64,000 bases of DNA. Source: a virus. Made by a program: the position numbers and the translations under genes. The DNA lies in IMG/VR virus record IMGVR_UViG_3300028920_000048; one strand, written 5' to 3'. The first letter of the stretch is position 1; every line of letters begins with the position of its first letter. Below the pieces are notes generated by a model, which saw only the letters and a program-made list of their open reading frames with translations, was not told the origin of the DNA and did no database searches. Shown piece after piece: positions 37,597 through 46,579 of the stretch.

Positions 37597-38085
37597 TCAG
37601 AAGTCAGGCTCCGGTTTGAATGGAGGTTGAAAGCCCGGTGGCAAAGTATGAGAAATGTTCGACTTCATCTGCTGGGCTGGCACCCGAAGCCGAACATTGA
37701 ACTGAATCATCCGGTTCAACTCTTTCTTGCTGTCCTCGACATACCGTTCGGCAACGTCAGTGGTTTGCTGTGCGAGCTGCTGGAACGTGCTCAACACAAG
37801 CAAACCAGCAGACCAGTACTGAGCCAACCTGCGAATATTGCCATCAAAATAGGTCTTGGTAGAGCCGTCCGGCTGAGCGCGCTTAATGGGTCGCAAAGGA
37901 GTCCAATAGAGCGCTTCCAGCATGGAGTCGATCTCTCGGTCAACTTTCTCCTGAAACTCCTCAACGAGTTGCATATTAACCTTACTTGCCCTGCCCTCTC
38001 CAATCTGAAGGATCATAACAATGTTCTTGATCTCCGTCCAATCGCCGCTGTAAAACTCTTGACCCGTCGTCGGGGAATTACCCAT
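37597..38085 (-). CDS. Head-tail connector-like protein (Mu gp36/DUF1320-like)
   Basis: EFQEKVDREIDSMLEALYWTPL...IRRLAQYWSAGLL pattern. Confidence 0.55.
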   Translation of the reverse strand: MGNSPTTGQEFYSGDWTEIKNIVMILQIGEGRASKVNMQLVEEFQEKVDREIDSMLEALYWTPLRPIKRAQPDGSTKTYFDGNIRRLAQYWSAGLLVLSTFQQLAQQTTDVAERYVEDSKKELNRMIQFNVRLRVPAQQMKSNISHTLPPGFQPPFKPEPDF

Positions 38086-38096
38086 ATCGTCACCGC

Positions 38097-38915
38097 CTAT
38101 GCAGGCTGAGGTTCAAGTTTCTGCTCCACAATAGCATCGTCCTTGGCTGTCCACTTCTTGAGCCGCTTGCCCAAAACCTTGTATGCCAACGTTCCGAGTA
38201 TAGCGCCAATGAACAGCCCCGTCGATGGACCGGGCCACGGAAACGACGCCCCAGTAACCATGCCAGTCGCAATCGCCACAAGCAACTTCATACCATCCTT
38301 GCCGCCAAACAGCTTTGCCAAGCTAAAACCGCCCGTCAAGGCAGCCAAAATGTAAGTCATGTCGAAGTCGAACTCGGGATGACCCACAAAGCTCTGATTA
38401 AACCAAAAATAGATCAACATGGCTCCTATCGCAATGCCAGCCAGATGCTTCGTCTTTGAGTGCTTCTGAAGCCAAACATCAAGGTATTCAAGCTCCTCGG
38501 TCGTCCATTTCCCAACTTTCGCCTCAGAGATATACTCTCCGATGGCGTCCAACAAAGTGTTGTACGCCTTGTAGCCCCTCTTGAGCAAATCAAACAGCTT
38601 CTTGAATGACCATTTGATCTTGCCGAAGAACTTGACCACCAACGAGTTCTTAAAGAGATTCACAACATCAACGATGGACTTCTGGGCAAGCTTCGCCATC
38701 GAAGAGAAGAACTTCAGCTTGCCCAGACCCGCCAAAATGCGTCTCGCCTCACGATGCTGTTTGAGCTGTGAGGCCACAAGCACACAAGAGCGGATCACAC
38801 CGTCATAGTGGGCAATCAGAATGTCACGAGGACTCCAACCGGTCGCCAACTGACACTCGATCAGATAGTCTTCAGCAACCGAGTCAGCTATCCCTGCCAG
38901 ACGAGCCCTTGTCAT
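38097..38915 (-). CDS. Protein with multiple C-terminal hydrophobic helices
   Basis: LAGIAIGAMLIYFWF, YILAALTGGFSLAKLF, LLVAIATGMVTGA and GLFIGAILGTLAY. Confidence 0.65.
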   Translation of the reverse strand: MTRARLAGIADSVAEDYLIECQLATGWSPRDILIAHYDGVIRSCVLVASQLKQHREARRILAGLGKLKFFSSMAKLAQKSIVDVVNLFKNSLVVKFFGKIKWSFKKLFDLLKRGYKAYNTLLDAIGEYISEAKVGKWTTEELEYLDVWLQKHSKTKHLAGIAIGAMLIYFWFNQSFVGHPEFDFDMTYILAALTGGFSLAKLFGGKDGMKLLVAIATGMVTGASFPWPGPSTGLFIGAILGTLAYKVLGKRLKKWTAKDDAIVEQKLEPQPA

Positions 38916-39219
38916 GCTTCACTCTCCTCGCAGTCTTTACACCTAAAACGCCCTTCACAAGCCTGTCAACCTTTGCATCTGGCAAAGTCTTCTTCAGGCT
39001 CGCAATGAGGTTCTTCAAGTCGTCTTCACTAGCTTGCACAACCACATCATACCGTCTGGACCTCGCCGTGACACTGCAACCACTCTCAGAATCGAAGACT
39101 TTAACGCCATCTAACTTGCTTGCCTTGACAGCCCTATGTATCTCACGACGAACCATCTCCATTGTCCTAATCTTGGACACAAGATCGCCGATTCTAGTCA
39201 CGTCATCACGGAAACCCAT
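38884..39219 (-). CDS. Hypothetical protein
   Basis: Contiguous ORF in the operon. Confidence 0.55.
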   Translation of the reverse strand: MGFRDDVTRIGDLVSKIRTMEMVRREIHRAVKASKLDGVKVFDSESGCSVTARSRRYDVVVQASEDDLKNLIASLKKTLPDAKVDRLVKGVLGVKTARRVKHDKGSSGRDS

Positions 39220-39222
39220 TGC

Positions 39223-39735
39223 TCAGTCCGTTTCGTTCTTTCCAGCATCCCAACCCTTGTCGATTTCATTGAAGAACTCTTTCTTCTTTTCTTCCGACAA
39301 GTCAGCCGGACTGTCAACGCCGTACTTCGCCAAAACACCCTCAAAATACTCACGATACTGCTTTTGTTTCTTACTCAACTTGGCAACGACACGCTTGGCG
39401 ACACGCCCAGCAATCCGATCAAAGCGTGAAGCCTGCTTGAAGATATTATCAAACTTCCTCTGCGTGCTCGGATCGGTCGGGATATATTCTTCGCCCCGAA
39501 GCTGCTTCAAAAGTCCAATAACCCGTGGCAACGCTTCCTTCTTGATAAGTCGACGAGGAATGGACTGCACCTGAAAACGCAACTCGTCACGGTCATCCAT
39601 CGACAAGTTCTTCGGATAGCCTTTAGCTTTCTTCAGCAACTCAATGATCTTGTCAACAGCCATCGTGGCAAGACGAAGCTCCCTTGCCATAAGCACCATA
39701 CTACCAAAGATTTCCTTCGCAATCCTACTAGCCAT
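39223..39735 (-). CDS. Two-domain small protein with leader variant
   Basis: MASRIAKEIFGSMVLMARELRLA; C-terminal YREYFEGVLAKYGVDSPADLSEEKKKEFFNEID. Confidence 0.65.
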   Translation of the reverse strand: MASRIAKEIFGSMVLMARELRLATMAVDKIIELLKKAKGYPKNLSMDDRDELRFQVQSIPRRLIKKEALPRVIGLLKQLRGEEYIPTDPSTQRKFDNIFKQASRFDRIAGRVAKRVVAKLSKKQKQYREYFEGVLAKYGVDSPADLSEEKKKEFFNEIDKGWDAGKNETD

Positions 39736-39750
39736 CTTGCACCTCCAGGG

Positions 39751-40521
39751 TCAAATCCATCTGTTCGGACGCCAACCTCGGGTCTTCCCGTAGTTGCAAC
39801 AGTTTCCACGACGACCAATGCCGCTCACAGCCGCATAATAGAAGCGAGTCGGCGGTGATAGGTAGTTTCCGTTCTTGAACTTCTCGTTCTCCAAAGTCTT
39901 CGCAGCACGTTCCTCGGCGTTACGCTTCAGCGTTTCCAAGATACTGATAATATCGCCACTGTCCTCAAGATTCGGCAGTGCAAAAATAAGACGACCATAC
40001 CAGAGAGCGAAGTCCTCTATCAATCGTTCCATCGCCATCGCAAAGGTTAAATCAGAGATCACGCCGTCCCAATAGTCGGGAGCAGTATCAATCGTATACT
40101 CAGTTGGCGCTCCAAGCGCTGATGTGTTGATAATGTCAACCACTTGATCTATCATGCCAGCCAGAATCACGGTCGGAAACCAGTTAATGTTATAGCTCAA
40201 ATGAACCGTATCAGAATCATTAACGGCAGCAATTAACTGCAATGTCCCGTAGACGTAATCGACAGAACCGTAAGCCGCCGAAGTGACAATGTCGCCGTTG
40301 TGTCGCACCACAATCGGAAAGGTCGGATTCCAGTTGCCGTACGTCGATTTCCACGTCACGTCATCGGGTTGAAGAGTCAGAGGCTCGTTGAAAGCATTGA
40401 CCTGACGGAAATGAACCATGCGAGGAGTCAGCAGATTGTCAACAATATGGTTAATCCTTGAATTGCTGCTCGCGCCTATTTCAATGTACGTGCCCGGAAA
40501 GACTGCCATGTAAGCCTCCAA
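39751..40521 (-). CDS. Neck or head-tail adaptor-like protein
   Basis: Position, beta-rich middle domain and helical C-terminus (IISILETLKRNAEERA). Confidence 0.5.
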   Translation of the reverse strand: MEAYMAVFPGTYIEIGASSNSRINHIVDNLLTPRMVHFRQVNAFNEPLTLQPDDVTWKSTYGNWNPTFPIVVRHNGDIVTSAAYGSVDYVYGTLQLIAAVNDSDTVHLSYNINWFPTVILAGMIDQVVDIINTSALGAPTEYTIDTAPDYWDGVISDLTFAMAMERLIEDFALWYGRLIFALPNLEDSGDIISILETLKRNAEERAAKTLENEKFKNGNYLSPPTRFYYAAVSGIGRRGNCCNYGKTRGWRPNRWI

Positions 40522-40815
40522 TCAAGAGCCAAGCGGAACACTCAGCCGTAACTCCCTGCCAACGTCCTCGACCTCCATGCCCCCATAATCACGAACACCG
40601 GCACGCTGAAGCAAACCCTCAGCAGCCGTCAAAACTTTGCCGGTATCCTTGCCCTTGCCCTTGTACTTGAAGACAGCGTAGTACTGATTGGAGTCGCCAG
40701 ACAGATAGTCAAAGTTGCGCTTCAAGATGGTCTTTAACTGCTCAACGTCAGCCTTGGTAGCCAAAACCATCTTCGCAAGCCTTACAAGCTTTCCAGCAAG
40801 CCGAATACGATCCAT
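40522..40815 (-). CDS. Leader-tagged small protein
   Basis: MDRIRLAGKLVRLAKMVLAT. Confidence 0.75.
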   Translation of the reverse strand: MDRIRLAGKLVRLAKMVLATKADVEQLKTILKRNFDYLSGDSNQYYAVFKYKGKGKDTGKVLTAAEGLLQRAGVRDYGGMEVEDVGRELRLSVPLGS

Positions 40816-40833
40816 CGGTGAACTCCCTTCAAA

Positions 40834-41184
40834 TCAAACATAACACATTTCAGCCAACAAACCGGTTTCCCTTGGAGGCGTTGTCTGCAAGCCACTTCGG
40901 TTGCAAGTTACACAACGCCAACACTGCTGGAACTCAGGGTCTTCCTCGTACCGCTTCTTGTTGCGAGTGCGGCTCTTCCGGTCATCTTCTTCCTTGTTTG
41001 CCCAGTAGTACTTGCGACGTGATTCACGCTGGCATAGCTTGCACCATTTAGCAAGACCATCTGGGAGGTTTCTATGCTTACCAAATTCAGACACTGGCTT
41101 GGAAACCTTGCACTTCGTGCATGTCTTCTCAAGAGCCACTTGTTGTAACTCCAGTATACATAAGGACTTACCTAGACGTAGCAC
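40834..41184 (-). pseudogene. Truncated HNH/EndoVII-type homing endonuclease (N-terminal zinc finger only)
   Basis: KTCTKCKVSKPVSEFGKHRNLPDGLAKWCKLC is the usual N-terminus of such genes; no intact nuclease core follows. Confidence 0.5.
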
Positions 41185-41441
41185 ATTGACTTCAAGTCCT
41201 TCAGACAGTTGCAGAACTTCTTGGCTTTGACCGTCCCACTACCACCAAAAAAAGAAGCCTTAAGATGTTCTATATCCTTATGTGGAACCGTAAAGACAAA
41301 GGTCAACCGCTTCCACCTGCTCGCCTTCGACTCGTCGTCCTTTTCCGTGCGCACAAGAGGCACATCGAGAGCACAGAGGTACGCAGCAAAATATATATCC
41401 GTGGTACTGTAAGGCACCATTTTGTCAGCATCAGTCGGCAT
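41172..41441 (-). CDS. DUF5659-like small protein
   Basis: YSTTDIYFAAYL...LTFVF pattern. Confidence 0.6.
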   Translation of the reverse strand: MPTDADKMVPYSTTDIYFAAYLCALDVPLVRTEKDDESKASRWKRLTFVFTVPHKDIEHLKASFFGGSGTVKAKKFCNCLKDLKSMCYV

Positions 41442-41456
41442 CTGTCATATCTCCTG

Positions 41457-41726
41457 TCAGTCTTGATTAACAAGCTTTGGCTCAGTGCCACGCCACGTCT
41501 TCTCCATGTGGCATCCGGCAGCTTCGTTACGCTTTGTCATTTCGCCGTTGAACTTTAGGAACTTCGTAGGCCAGCCTCCGCCCTTAAAATGAACTGCAAC
41601 CGACCCAAAATGCCTCTCACATTTCTTCCCACAGGAAGGGCAAGACGCCCGTTTGGGAGCCTTGCCAATCCTGTGGGACTGCTCAAAAACATGCTCACAG
41701 TCGGGACAACTGTATTCATAAATCAT
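41457..41726 (-). CDS. FmdB-family zinc-ribbon protein
   Basis: MIYEYSCPDC...CPSCG...HFKGGGW. Confidence 0.85.
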   Translation of the reverse strand: MIYEYSCPDCEHVFEQSHRIGKAPKRASCPSCGKKCERHFGSVAVHFKGGGWPTKFLKFNGEMTKRNEAAGCHMEKTWRGTEPKLVNQD

Positions 41727-42700
41727 CAGCCGTCGCCTCCCGTGTCAGTAGGCCGGGTTGCCCGCTTTGGACTCACTTTCCCCGCCACCTTTGGTCCTTT
41801 TTGGACCTGCCTAACGGGCACCCGCTTGATCTTCGCAGCAACCGGAGCCTTCGTCTGCTTCACAGCCTTACGACGTTTCTTAACCTTCTTGATCTTCCTC
41901 GGTGATCCATCACTGACCTGCGCCGTCGCCTTGGATTGACCCTTCTTGACGGCCCTCTTAACCACCTTCTCGGACTGCTTCCGAAGCTCCGCGTGCTCCT
42001 GCGGCGGTCTCACGGTCACTTGACCGGCGTTCATAGAGTCATAACCAGAAACACCCGCAAGGGAACCGTCATCTGTAACAACATCCATCTTCGCAGGAGT
42101 TGTCCGCATTTTCATTACACGCCTCTGCATCTCTACAACCGACTCAGGCTTACGCTTACCAGCGGATGTTTTCAGACGAGACTGACGCTCCGCCGGGCTC
42201 TCATCACCACGAATGATCGGGAGAGCCCTTGTGCCGGTATTCCCGGTCTTCGGCATACGATTCTTGCGCTCCTTCGTGTAACTGATGTCGATTGTCTCGC
42301 CCATCTCGTCCTCGTCAGACATGACAATCTTCATCCCGTCACGATTTTGAAGCTTCTCCAAATTGGTCCGCCGACGCTCCTCGGCAGTATCGTGAACCAA
42401 AGACTCACCGTCGATCTCAGCAGCCGCTTCATCAGACCACGGAACAACCCAATCGTTACGCTTCAAAATCGTCAAGTCCTTGGTCGTATCAAACTCACGA
42501 CCGTCGATGATAAGCCGGTTGTTCTCTTTGTCATGGACAATCTCAGTACCGGCCCGAAATGACTCCTTGATCCACCCAAGGTGCATGGACTGGATCAACA
42601 ACCAACGCTCCTGCTTCTGCACGACTTGCTCACTACTCATCTTTTCCTCCTTCATCCTTATGCTAGAACAAAAACCCACCACATGCGGGTCAACAAACAA
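41726..42700 (-). CDS. Hypothetical protein with basic low-complexity C-terminus
   Basis: Long ORF; likely start MSSEQ near 42640. Confidence 0.6.
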   Translation of the reverse strand: MFVDPHVVGFCSSIRMKEEKMSSEQVVQKQERWLLIQSMHLGWIKESFRAGTEIVHDKENNRLIIDGREFDTTKDLTILKRNDWVVPWSDEAAAEIDGESLVHDTAEERRRTNLEKLQNRDGMKIVMSDEDEMGETIDISYTKERKNRMPKTGNTGTRALPIIRGDESPAERQSRLKTSAGKRKPESVVEMQRRVMKMRTTPAKMDVVTDDGSLAGVSGYDSMNAGQVTVRPPQEHAELRKQSEKVVKRAVKKGQSKATAQVSDGSPRKIKKVKKRRKAVKQTKAPVAAKIKRVPVRQVQKGPKVAGKVSPKRATRPTDTGGDG

Positions 42701-42701
42701 C

Positions 42702-43073
42702 TCATATCAAGTTCCCCAAATCACCATACCGACGATTGCCAGTCGCAGCAATCAAAGTATCAACTTGAGCAGCCTCGGCATCGGTGAGAGGTATCTTCTT
42801 CAAGTCACGAGCGATTACACCCAAATTTTTCACGTCAACATACGTAGGTTCAATATCAGGATCACTCGGGGCACTTTTGAACGGATAAATACTGTTTTGA
42901 ATGAACCTCGTCTGAAGCCACGGACGAGTTCCCGTCTTGGTGGACTCATCCCAAAAGAACTTAATGAAGGACTCCACGATAGCCAACTCAGCAGCCGAGG
43001 GCAAATTGATCCTCATTGTCCGAGCAATCACCCACACCCAACGTGAATATTGCCAAACATCAGCAGAAGACAT
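42702..43073 (-). CDS. Small protein, paralogue of 62537-62896 (possible minor capsid protein)
   Basis: Shares WxYxRWV and VDTLIAATGNRRYGD. Confidence 0.75.
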   Translation of the reverse strand: MSSADVWQYSRWVWVIARTMRINLPSAAELAIVESFIKFFWDESTKTGTRPWLQTRFIQNSIYPFKSAPSDPDIEPTYVDVKNLGVIARDLKKIPLTDAEAAQVDTLIAATGNRRYGDLGNLI

Positions 43074-43194
43074 TTTCTAGCCTCCCTTCCTGAAAAAACC
43101 TTGACAGTCTCTTCAGCTACACTAGCGGTCTGTGATGCAGCCATATAACCTCGGCCTCCTCAGAAAATCAGAAATCGAGTCAATTCTACGGCAC

Positions 43195-43207
43195 ATATAA
43201 GAAAAAA
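43195..43207 (-). promoter_or_regulatory. Candidate late-promoter motif TTTTTTCTTATAT
   Basis: Just downstream of a terminator and upstream of the neck operon. Confidence 0.45.
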
Positions 43208-43223
43208 CAGAACACCAGTACAT

Positions 43224-43257
43224 AAAAAAAGCCCGCAGATCGCTTAAACCTGCGGGC
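43224..43257 (-). terminator. Rho-independent terminator
   Basis: GCCCGCAG/CTGCGGGC stem plus T7. Confidence 0.85.
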
Positions 43258-43286
43258 TCTACACACCTTACGTCATATCGGTTGGT

Positions 43287-43832
43287 TCACCTCGCCAACT
43301 GCTTTCCAAACTCCTCAAAGTCGTCCACGATCTCGTCATGTTCAGCTTCCGGTTCTTCCACCAAAACACGCTTACCATCGGTCCTGTCTTCAAGCTTGTA
43401 CTCGTCTACGCCTTGAATGGTGCCATATAAGAACGCCTTCATCCGTTCGATGTTGTCCTTGCCGATCTTGCTGACCGAAGCAGTCGGACCATAGCCCAAC
43501 ATAGCAGCGGCAACCACTTGCTGAATGAAATACCTGTGCTCAACAGGCACCTTCGCAACCAACTCCGCCGCCAACTCAGACTCAGTTAAAGCGGCAATGG
43601 AACCCGTATCAAGAAATGTCAACAACGTCTTACACGTCTCCTTGATTTTTGCCGCCTTTTCCATCACTGTATCAGCGCTCTGCATGTCCAAAGCCACGGA
43701 AACACCAATCTTCGCACTACCGTTCAGCCCGGCTCTTTGGACATTCATAGACACCTTCTTGTCGAAAGTACCAGTACAGCCCAAAGTTAAAACCAAACAA
43801 CACACAATTGCCAACAACACAATTTTCTTCAT
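43287..43832 (-). CDS. Lipoprotein
   Basis: MKKIVLLAIVCCLVLTLG-C signal peptide with lipobox. Confidence 0.7.
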   Translation of the reverse strand: MKKIVLLAIVCCLVLTLGCTGTFDKKVSMNVQRAGLNGSAKIGVSVALDMQSADTVMEKAAKIKETCKTLLTFLDTGSIAALTESELAAELVAKVPVEHRYFIQQVVAAAMLGYGPTASVSKIGKDNIERMKAFLYGTIQGVDEYKLEDRTDGKRVLVEEPEAEHDEIVDDFEEFGKQLAR

Positions 43833-43853
43833 CCTTTTCTGTCTCCAAAAAAA

Positions 43854-44528
43854 CTAAGACCACGCTCTCAACTGCCTAGACGACCAATACTCCCGCCAAT
43901 CAGGCAACTTGTCAAGCATCACTTTGCGCACCTCACTCCAGTTCACCGGTGCATAATCCCAACAGTCGATCCCAACATCCAAAGCCAAGTACTTCGGCTC
44001 GTCTGGCAAGTTACCATGATGATGCCCAAACAAGTTCCAAGACCCGTTGCCGAAGCCAGCCCATGACCGAAACGGTCTATGACACAAAGTCACCTTCGTC
44101 CCGCTCGGACACCTCAAGTCAATCGCCTTGCGCACACATACCAAACCGTCACGCTTGCCAACGAGAGACTTGTAGAACTTCAGATACGGCTTGTCGTGGT
44201 TGCCGCAAAGCAAGTGTATCTGACCGTTCAACCTGCTAAACAACTCCGTCAGCATCTCATTGCGCTTATCGCTCGACATGCGCTTGACCATCGCCACATC
44301 GCCGAGATGATAGACCCTATCGCCCGGTCTGACTCGATCATTCCAGTTATCAATCAAGTCCTCGGTCATCTCAGCAGCACGTTCGGCTCCTACAGCCCTG
44401 TCGACCCACCGCTGCTTACCGTCCTCGTCCACGTACACATCACCTTCCTCGCACCAAGGACGGTTGCAGTGCAGAATGATGTTGTCATGCCAAAAATGCG
44501 TATCCGCCGTAAACCACAAGTTAGTCAT
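43854..44528 (-). CDS. Calcineurin-like metallophosphoesterase
   Basis: ADTHFWH, HLGD, GNHD and GHHHG motifs. Confidence 0.85.
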   Translation of the reverse strand: MTNLWFTADTHFWHDNIILHCNRPWCEEGDVYVDEDGKQRWVDRAVGAERAAEMTEDLIDNWNDRVRPGDRVYHLGDVAMVKRMSSDKRNEMLTELFSRLNGQIHLLCGNHDKPYLKFYKSLVGKRDGLVCVRKAIDLRCPSGTKVTLCHRPFRSWAGFGNGSWNLFGHHHGNLPDEPKYLALDVGIDCWDYAPVNWSEVRKVMLDKLPDWREYWSSRQLRAWS

Positions 44529-44755
44529 CCGCTATTGGACCTCTTAACAAGAAACCACACGAAACCCCCAACCAACGCCCATGCGCCAGCCGGTACGCCC
44601 AGCGCACAAAACAGAAACGGAATAACGAAACGCCTGAAAATGCGTCCATCAAGCTCCATATCGCCATCACCAAACATGCAAAAGCCTTTGTAGAAGATCA
44701 AACCGATCCCCACAATCGACAACACAAACAGCGACCCTCCAACGATCATCAACAA
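44525..44755 (-). CDS. Small membrane protein
   Basis: Two hydrophobic segments. Confidence 0.5.
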   Translation of the reverse strand: MLMIVGGSLFVLSIVGIGLIFYKGFCMFGDGDMELDGRIFRRFVIPFLFCALGVPAGAWALVGGFVWFLVKRSNSG

Positions 44756-45522
44756 TCCGGGTGTGATTCTACATCCTCCTTCTCGATTTGATCTATTCTA
44801 CTCTCAACCGTGTCAAGAAGTTCCCTCAATTCCGCAACAACCTTCCCAACAACACCTTCGATCTTCTCAATCTCTTCGCCGGAACAGTACTTCGCCAATC
44901 GAGTGCGCTCCCTGTCATCCCCAAGCGCCCTATGAACCCCGGTCCACAAATCAAAAGCACTACGATAAACTTTTCGCTCCTGACCAAGCTTTGTTAGCCC
45001 ATCCCGACGACACTTCGCTTCCATCGTCATGAAGTCCTCACACAAGCTTCCGTCTGGGTGTTTCGGTCTACCAAGGCTCTTAATCACGTCCTCGGGCACA
45101 TAAGGGCAAACAAAACAATGTCCATCGTGCATGTGCGCCGTACAAGTTAACCCATCTCTGCCCAAAACCTGACACCCGCACCATAAGTCCTTGGCGGTCA
45201 AAGCCGGAAACGGCTGCTTGCGATCATCTTCATTGCTGTTGATAAACCGTAGGACATCGTACCTGCAAAGAGACTTCTCAATCCATTCTATCGCCCGACG
45301 ACGACCCATAAGACAAAGCACGACCAACCCGGTACTTGGCGACTTAACGATCCAAACCGTGGACCGCGCCTGAACAAGCTTGTCATAGACATCCCTGCCA
45401 TCCTTCGGCAACTGCTTGACCAACACCGGCCAATCGTGTTTTACCAACGAAAAAAGAGCATCGGCAAACCGATGCTCCATCTCCTGCTCGATGAACGGTC
45501 TTTTCGCATTCTCGGTCGACAT
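44749..45522 (-). CDS. Hypothetical protein (Cys/His cluster)
   Basis: Long ORF; CGC..CTAH..C..C motif. Confidence 0.55.
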   Translation of the reverse strand: MSTENAKRPFIEQEMEHRFADALFSLVKHDWPVLVKQLPKDGRDVYDKLVQARSTVWIVKSPSTGLVVLCLMGRRRAIEWIEKSLCRYDVLRFINSNEDDRKQPFPALTAKDLWCGCQVLGRDGLTCTAHMHDGHCFVCPYVPEDVIKSLGRPKHPDGSLCEDFMTMEAKCRRDGLTKLGQERKVYRSAFDLWTGVHRALGDDRERTRLAKYCSGEEIEKIEGVVGKVVAELRELLDTVESRIDQIEKEDVESHPDC

Positions 45523-45589
45523 TCAGTACTCACCTTTCGTCAATTACCACTAAGACAGACGATCAAACGAACTGACCAATCCTTGAGTA

Positions 45590-45680
45590 TGGCGGAGACG
45601 GGAGGACTCGAACCCCAATCCCTCATCAGGATCAATCGGTTTTCAAAACCGTCCCGGCACGCCCATCCGGTTCCGTCTCC
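45590..45680 (-). tRNA. tRNA-Ser(TGA) with non-canonical 8/4 (allo-tRNA-like) fold
   Basis: GGAGACGG/CCGTCTCC 8-bp acceptor, 4-bp T stem, AA connector, long V arm, G73, CCA; loop TT-TGA-AA. Confidence 0.8.
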
Positions 45681-45681
45681 G

Positions 45682-46173
45682 TTATTTTTTCTTGGCAACA
45701 AACTCTTTCAACATGCTGATGTTTCCCTGGGCCACATGCTCAATCCAGTCCATTTCGTCAACAGTTTCCGCCAGTTCAAAAGCCTGAAAATATAGCTTAT
45801 CGGCATAAGCACGTGCTCTGTTTCGTTTCTTGCGCTTCATCTCCTTCATCTCCTTCTTCAACCGCCGCAATTCCGATCTTTGTCTTTGTAGGACACTGGC
45901 TTTGTCATTGTGTTCCTTAATTCCATTCTCAGCCTCATTCCTGGTACGGAACACCGTTACTCCAGGTTTCAAAACATCGACCAATGCTCCACTATACATA
46001 ACGCCTTCCCGCGCTCCAGGAGGCACAAGCACACAACCCATTGGTCCGTCTTCTACCACTGCCTCCCTGAAGCTACGAATGCTGTATTGATCCTTAGCCT
46101 TGGGAGCCCACCACACGGTATCACCAATGTCCACATTCAGCTTACGCAAAACATTTTTTGCCCTGCTATTCAC
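45682..46173 (-). CDS. Hypothetical protein
   Basis: Intact ORF between tRNA genes. Confidence 0.6.
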   Translation of the reverse strand: MNSRAKNVLRKLNVDIGDTVWWAPKAKDQYSIRSFREAVVEDGPMGCVLVPPGAREGVMYSGALVDVLKPGVTVFRTRNEAENGIKEHNDKASVLQRQRSELRRLKKEMKEMKRKKRNRARAYADKLYFQAFELAETVDEMDWIEHVAQGNISMLKEFVAKKK

Positions 46174-46272
46174 GATCCCAAGCCTAATTTTTCAAGCTTG
46201 GAAAACTTATCCAAGCCTAAAAGGAAGCCTTTCTCTCCCTAACGAACAACATCAAACGATACCAAGCGAAAA

Positions 46273-46364
46273 TGGCGGAAAGGGAGGGATTTGAACCCTC
46301 GTGCCCCCTTTCGAGGACGCATGAATTAGCAATCCAGCCCGATTAGCCTCTCCGGCACCTTTCC
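46273..46364 (-). tRNA. tRNA-Ser(GCT)
   Basis: Canonical type II cloverleaf; loop TT-GCT-AA; GCCA end. Confidence 0.9.
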
Positions 46365-46378
46365 GTGATTGTCGAGTA

Positions 46379-46471
46379 TGGCGGAAGCGGTGGGACTCGA
46401 ACCCACAGCCCGTGGTTGCCCACGACCCACACGCTTTCCAAGCGTGCTCCTGATCCAGCCGGTTCGCTTCC
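46379..46471 (-). tRNA. tRNA-Ser(GGA), atypical (A8-A9, 6-bp anticodon stem)
   Basis: GCACGC-TT-GGA-AA-GCGTGT; long V arm; GCCA end. Confidence 0.85.
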
Positions 46472-46478
46472 GTGAATG

Positions 46479-46571
46479 TGGCGGAGGAGGTGGGACTCGA
46501 ACCCACAGCCCGCAGTTGCCTACGACCTACCTGTTTTCGAGACAGGCTCCTCATCCAGCCGGTTCTCCTCC
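46479..46571 (-). tRNA. tRNA-Ser(CGA), atypical; near-duplicate body of tRNA-Ser(GGA)
   Basis: GCCTGT-CT-CGA-AA-ACAGGT; GCCA end. Confidence 0.85.
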
Positions 46572-46579
46572 GCTCTCAT

